A stretch of DNA of 64,000 bases. Source: Candidatus Moanibacter sp. Its GTDB lineage: Bacteria > Verrucomicrobiota > Verrucomicrobiia > Opitutales > UBA2987. Below, in pieces: positions 62,836-64,000 of this stretch. How positions within the stretch are numbered: position 1 is the stretch's first letter; every line of letters starts with the position of its first letter. The stretch is from NCBI GenBank assembly GCA_965215885.1, contig CBDCEW010000103.1, positions 128,001 through 192,000 of the forward strand. Reading direction: 5' to 3'. The notes beneath the pieces were generated by a model. It saw nothing but the letters and a program-made list of their open reading frames with translations. It did no database searches and had not been told where the DNA came from. The translations under genes were made by a program, and so were the position numbers.

Positions 62836-64000
62836 CGGAGCTGTTACATGATTTGCGGGCAGAGGCTGAACGGGCCCTGCAAACGGTGGGGGCTGTGCCT
62901 GCGCAAACGAGTTATCGCTTCGATGCCCGGGAGGACGAAGAGGGTCCTTCAGAGGTGCGCAAGACCCTGCGCCGCAAGGTGGTCAGTTTCTCCTATGGAT
63001 GCTTCCAGGCGGTGGAAGTTGTGCGCGAGCAGGGGCAAGGGAGCCACCGCAACAGCTACCGTTCTGCTCGCCTGGAACAGATCGTGCCCTCGCATAGTCG
63101 CTACGCTTACGATCTGATTGCCTATGTGGGCAAGCGATGTTTGTGCGAAAGCGCCACCCTCAAAGAGGTGCACAGGGAACTGCGCGAGGGCCCGGGGCAG
63201 CTGCAGATTGCTCAAAGCAGCCTCTATGAGATGCAGCAGAAGTTTCTTTTTTATCTGGGTCGGCTGCACGCCGCGGCCGCTCCGGTGCTTAAAGATTACC
63301 TGAGCGCTCGCCCTTGCCTGCGCTGGCTGGTGGATGGGACCGTGGAACCGCAGACGCCGGTTTTCTTCGCTGTTCAGGAAGCCGACGAAGGGATCCTTTT
63401 GGGCAGCTGGAAAATGCCTTCCGAACAGAGCGAAACGATCAGTGGCTGTTTTGCCCGGGCGGCCCGGGCTTTTGGCCAACCCCACCATGTCTATCATGAT
63501 TTAAGCGCTCAGATCAGCAAGGCCTGCGAGAGCGAAACCTTCCAGGCCCCCCATGGCGTCTGCCATTATCATTTCGCCCGCAATGTGGGCGAACAGCTTT
63601 ATCGAAAACCCCAGCAGATGCTCAACGGGCGCTTGCGGCAATTGAAGCTCATGGAGCGCATGCGCGAGCAACGCAAACACATCACCGCAAAGCTCCGTGA
63701 CGCCCTCCGTGAAAAACACGCCCTCGTCCTGGCCGATTTGCTCACCGCCAAAGCGCTCGCAGTGCCCTTCGATCCCACCCTTGCACGGGAACTGCTCATG
63801 GCCCTGCAATTGTGGATTTTGGATTATCCCTGCGACGGTCACCGCCAGGGCTTTCCCTTCGATCCTTACCTGCTTTATTGGCATCGGCGGGTCGTGCGCG
63901 CCCATGCCGCCCTGGAGCAGTGGCTTGCCCGCGCTCCTGCCAGTTGCTCTGTTCTGCGAAGCTTCTTTCATCTTTCGACCGGGTTGAAGCAGTATCTGGC
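62809..64000 (+). CDS. OrfB transposase in the -1 frame (3'-partial, absent from the ORF track)
   Basis: Manual translation from the A9 tract gives ..YAYDLIAYVG..WLVDGT..MPSE..VYHDLS..CHYHFARNVG.., with no stop seen. Confidence 0.72.

Overview
IS- and repeat-rich chromosomal window. It is most consistent with a Verrucomicrobiota (Opitutales-like) genome; this is an inference from the PEP-CTERM beta-helix proteins, the S8 protease C-terminal WFG..WI.H..HGWLY module and the gene mix. Housekeeping and metabolic genes: aroC, hisH/hisF, nadB, dapL, inositol monophosphatase, a FliA-type sigma factor, amtB-glnK, an acoABC-like dehydrogenase, a PQQ dehydrogenase with cytochrome c, tRNA-Thr(CGT), and an N-methylglutamate (methylamine) cluster gmaS-mgsABC-orf-mgdA-amt. 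Mobile elements: two copies each of a 1917-bp IS5/ISNCY-like element (one splits galM), an IS4 and an ISL3; one DUF4338-ISAs1; one Y1/RAYT-like HUH transposase; and one frameshifted transposase running off the right edge. The most striking structure is a 663-nt ORF-less group II intron (3645-4307, minus strand) inserted in the terminal inverted repeat of a 182-bp MITE, whose empty allele is also in the window (28622-28803). The intron's EBS1 matches the MITE TIR and its 5' end is non-canonical. Also present are two GTAG-REP doublet families with fixed spacers, a degenerate frameshifted panC, and two clear sigma-54 promoters. All calls come from reading the sequence; no database search was run.
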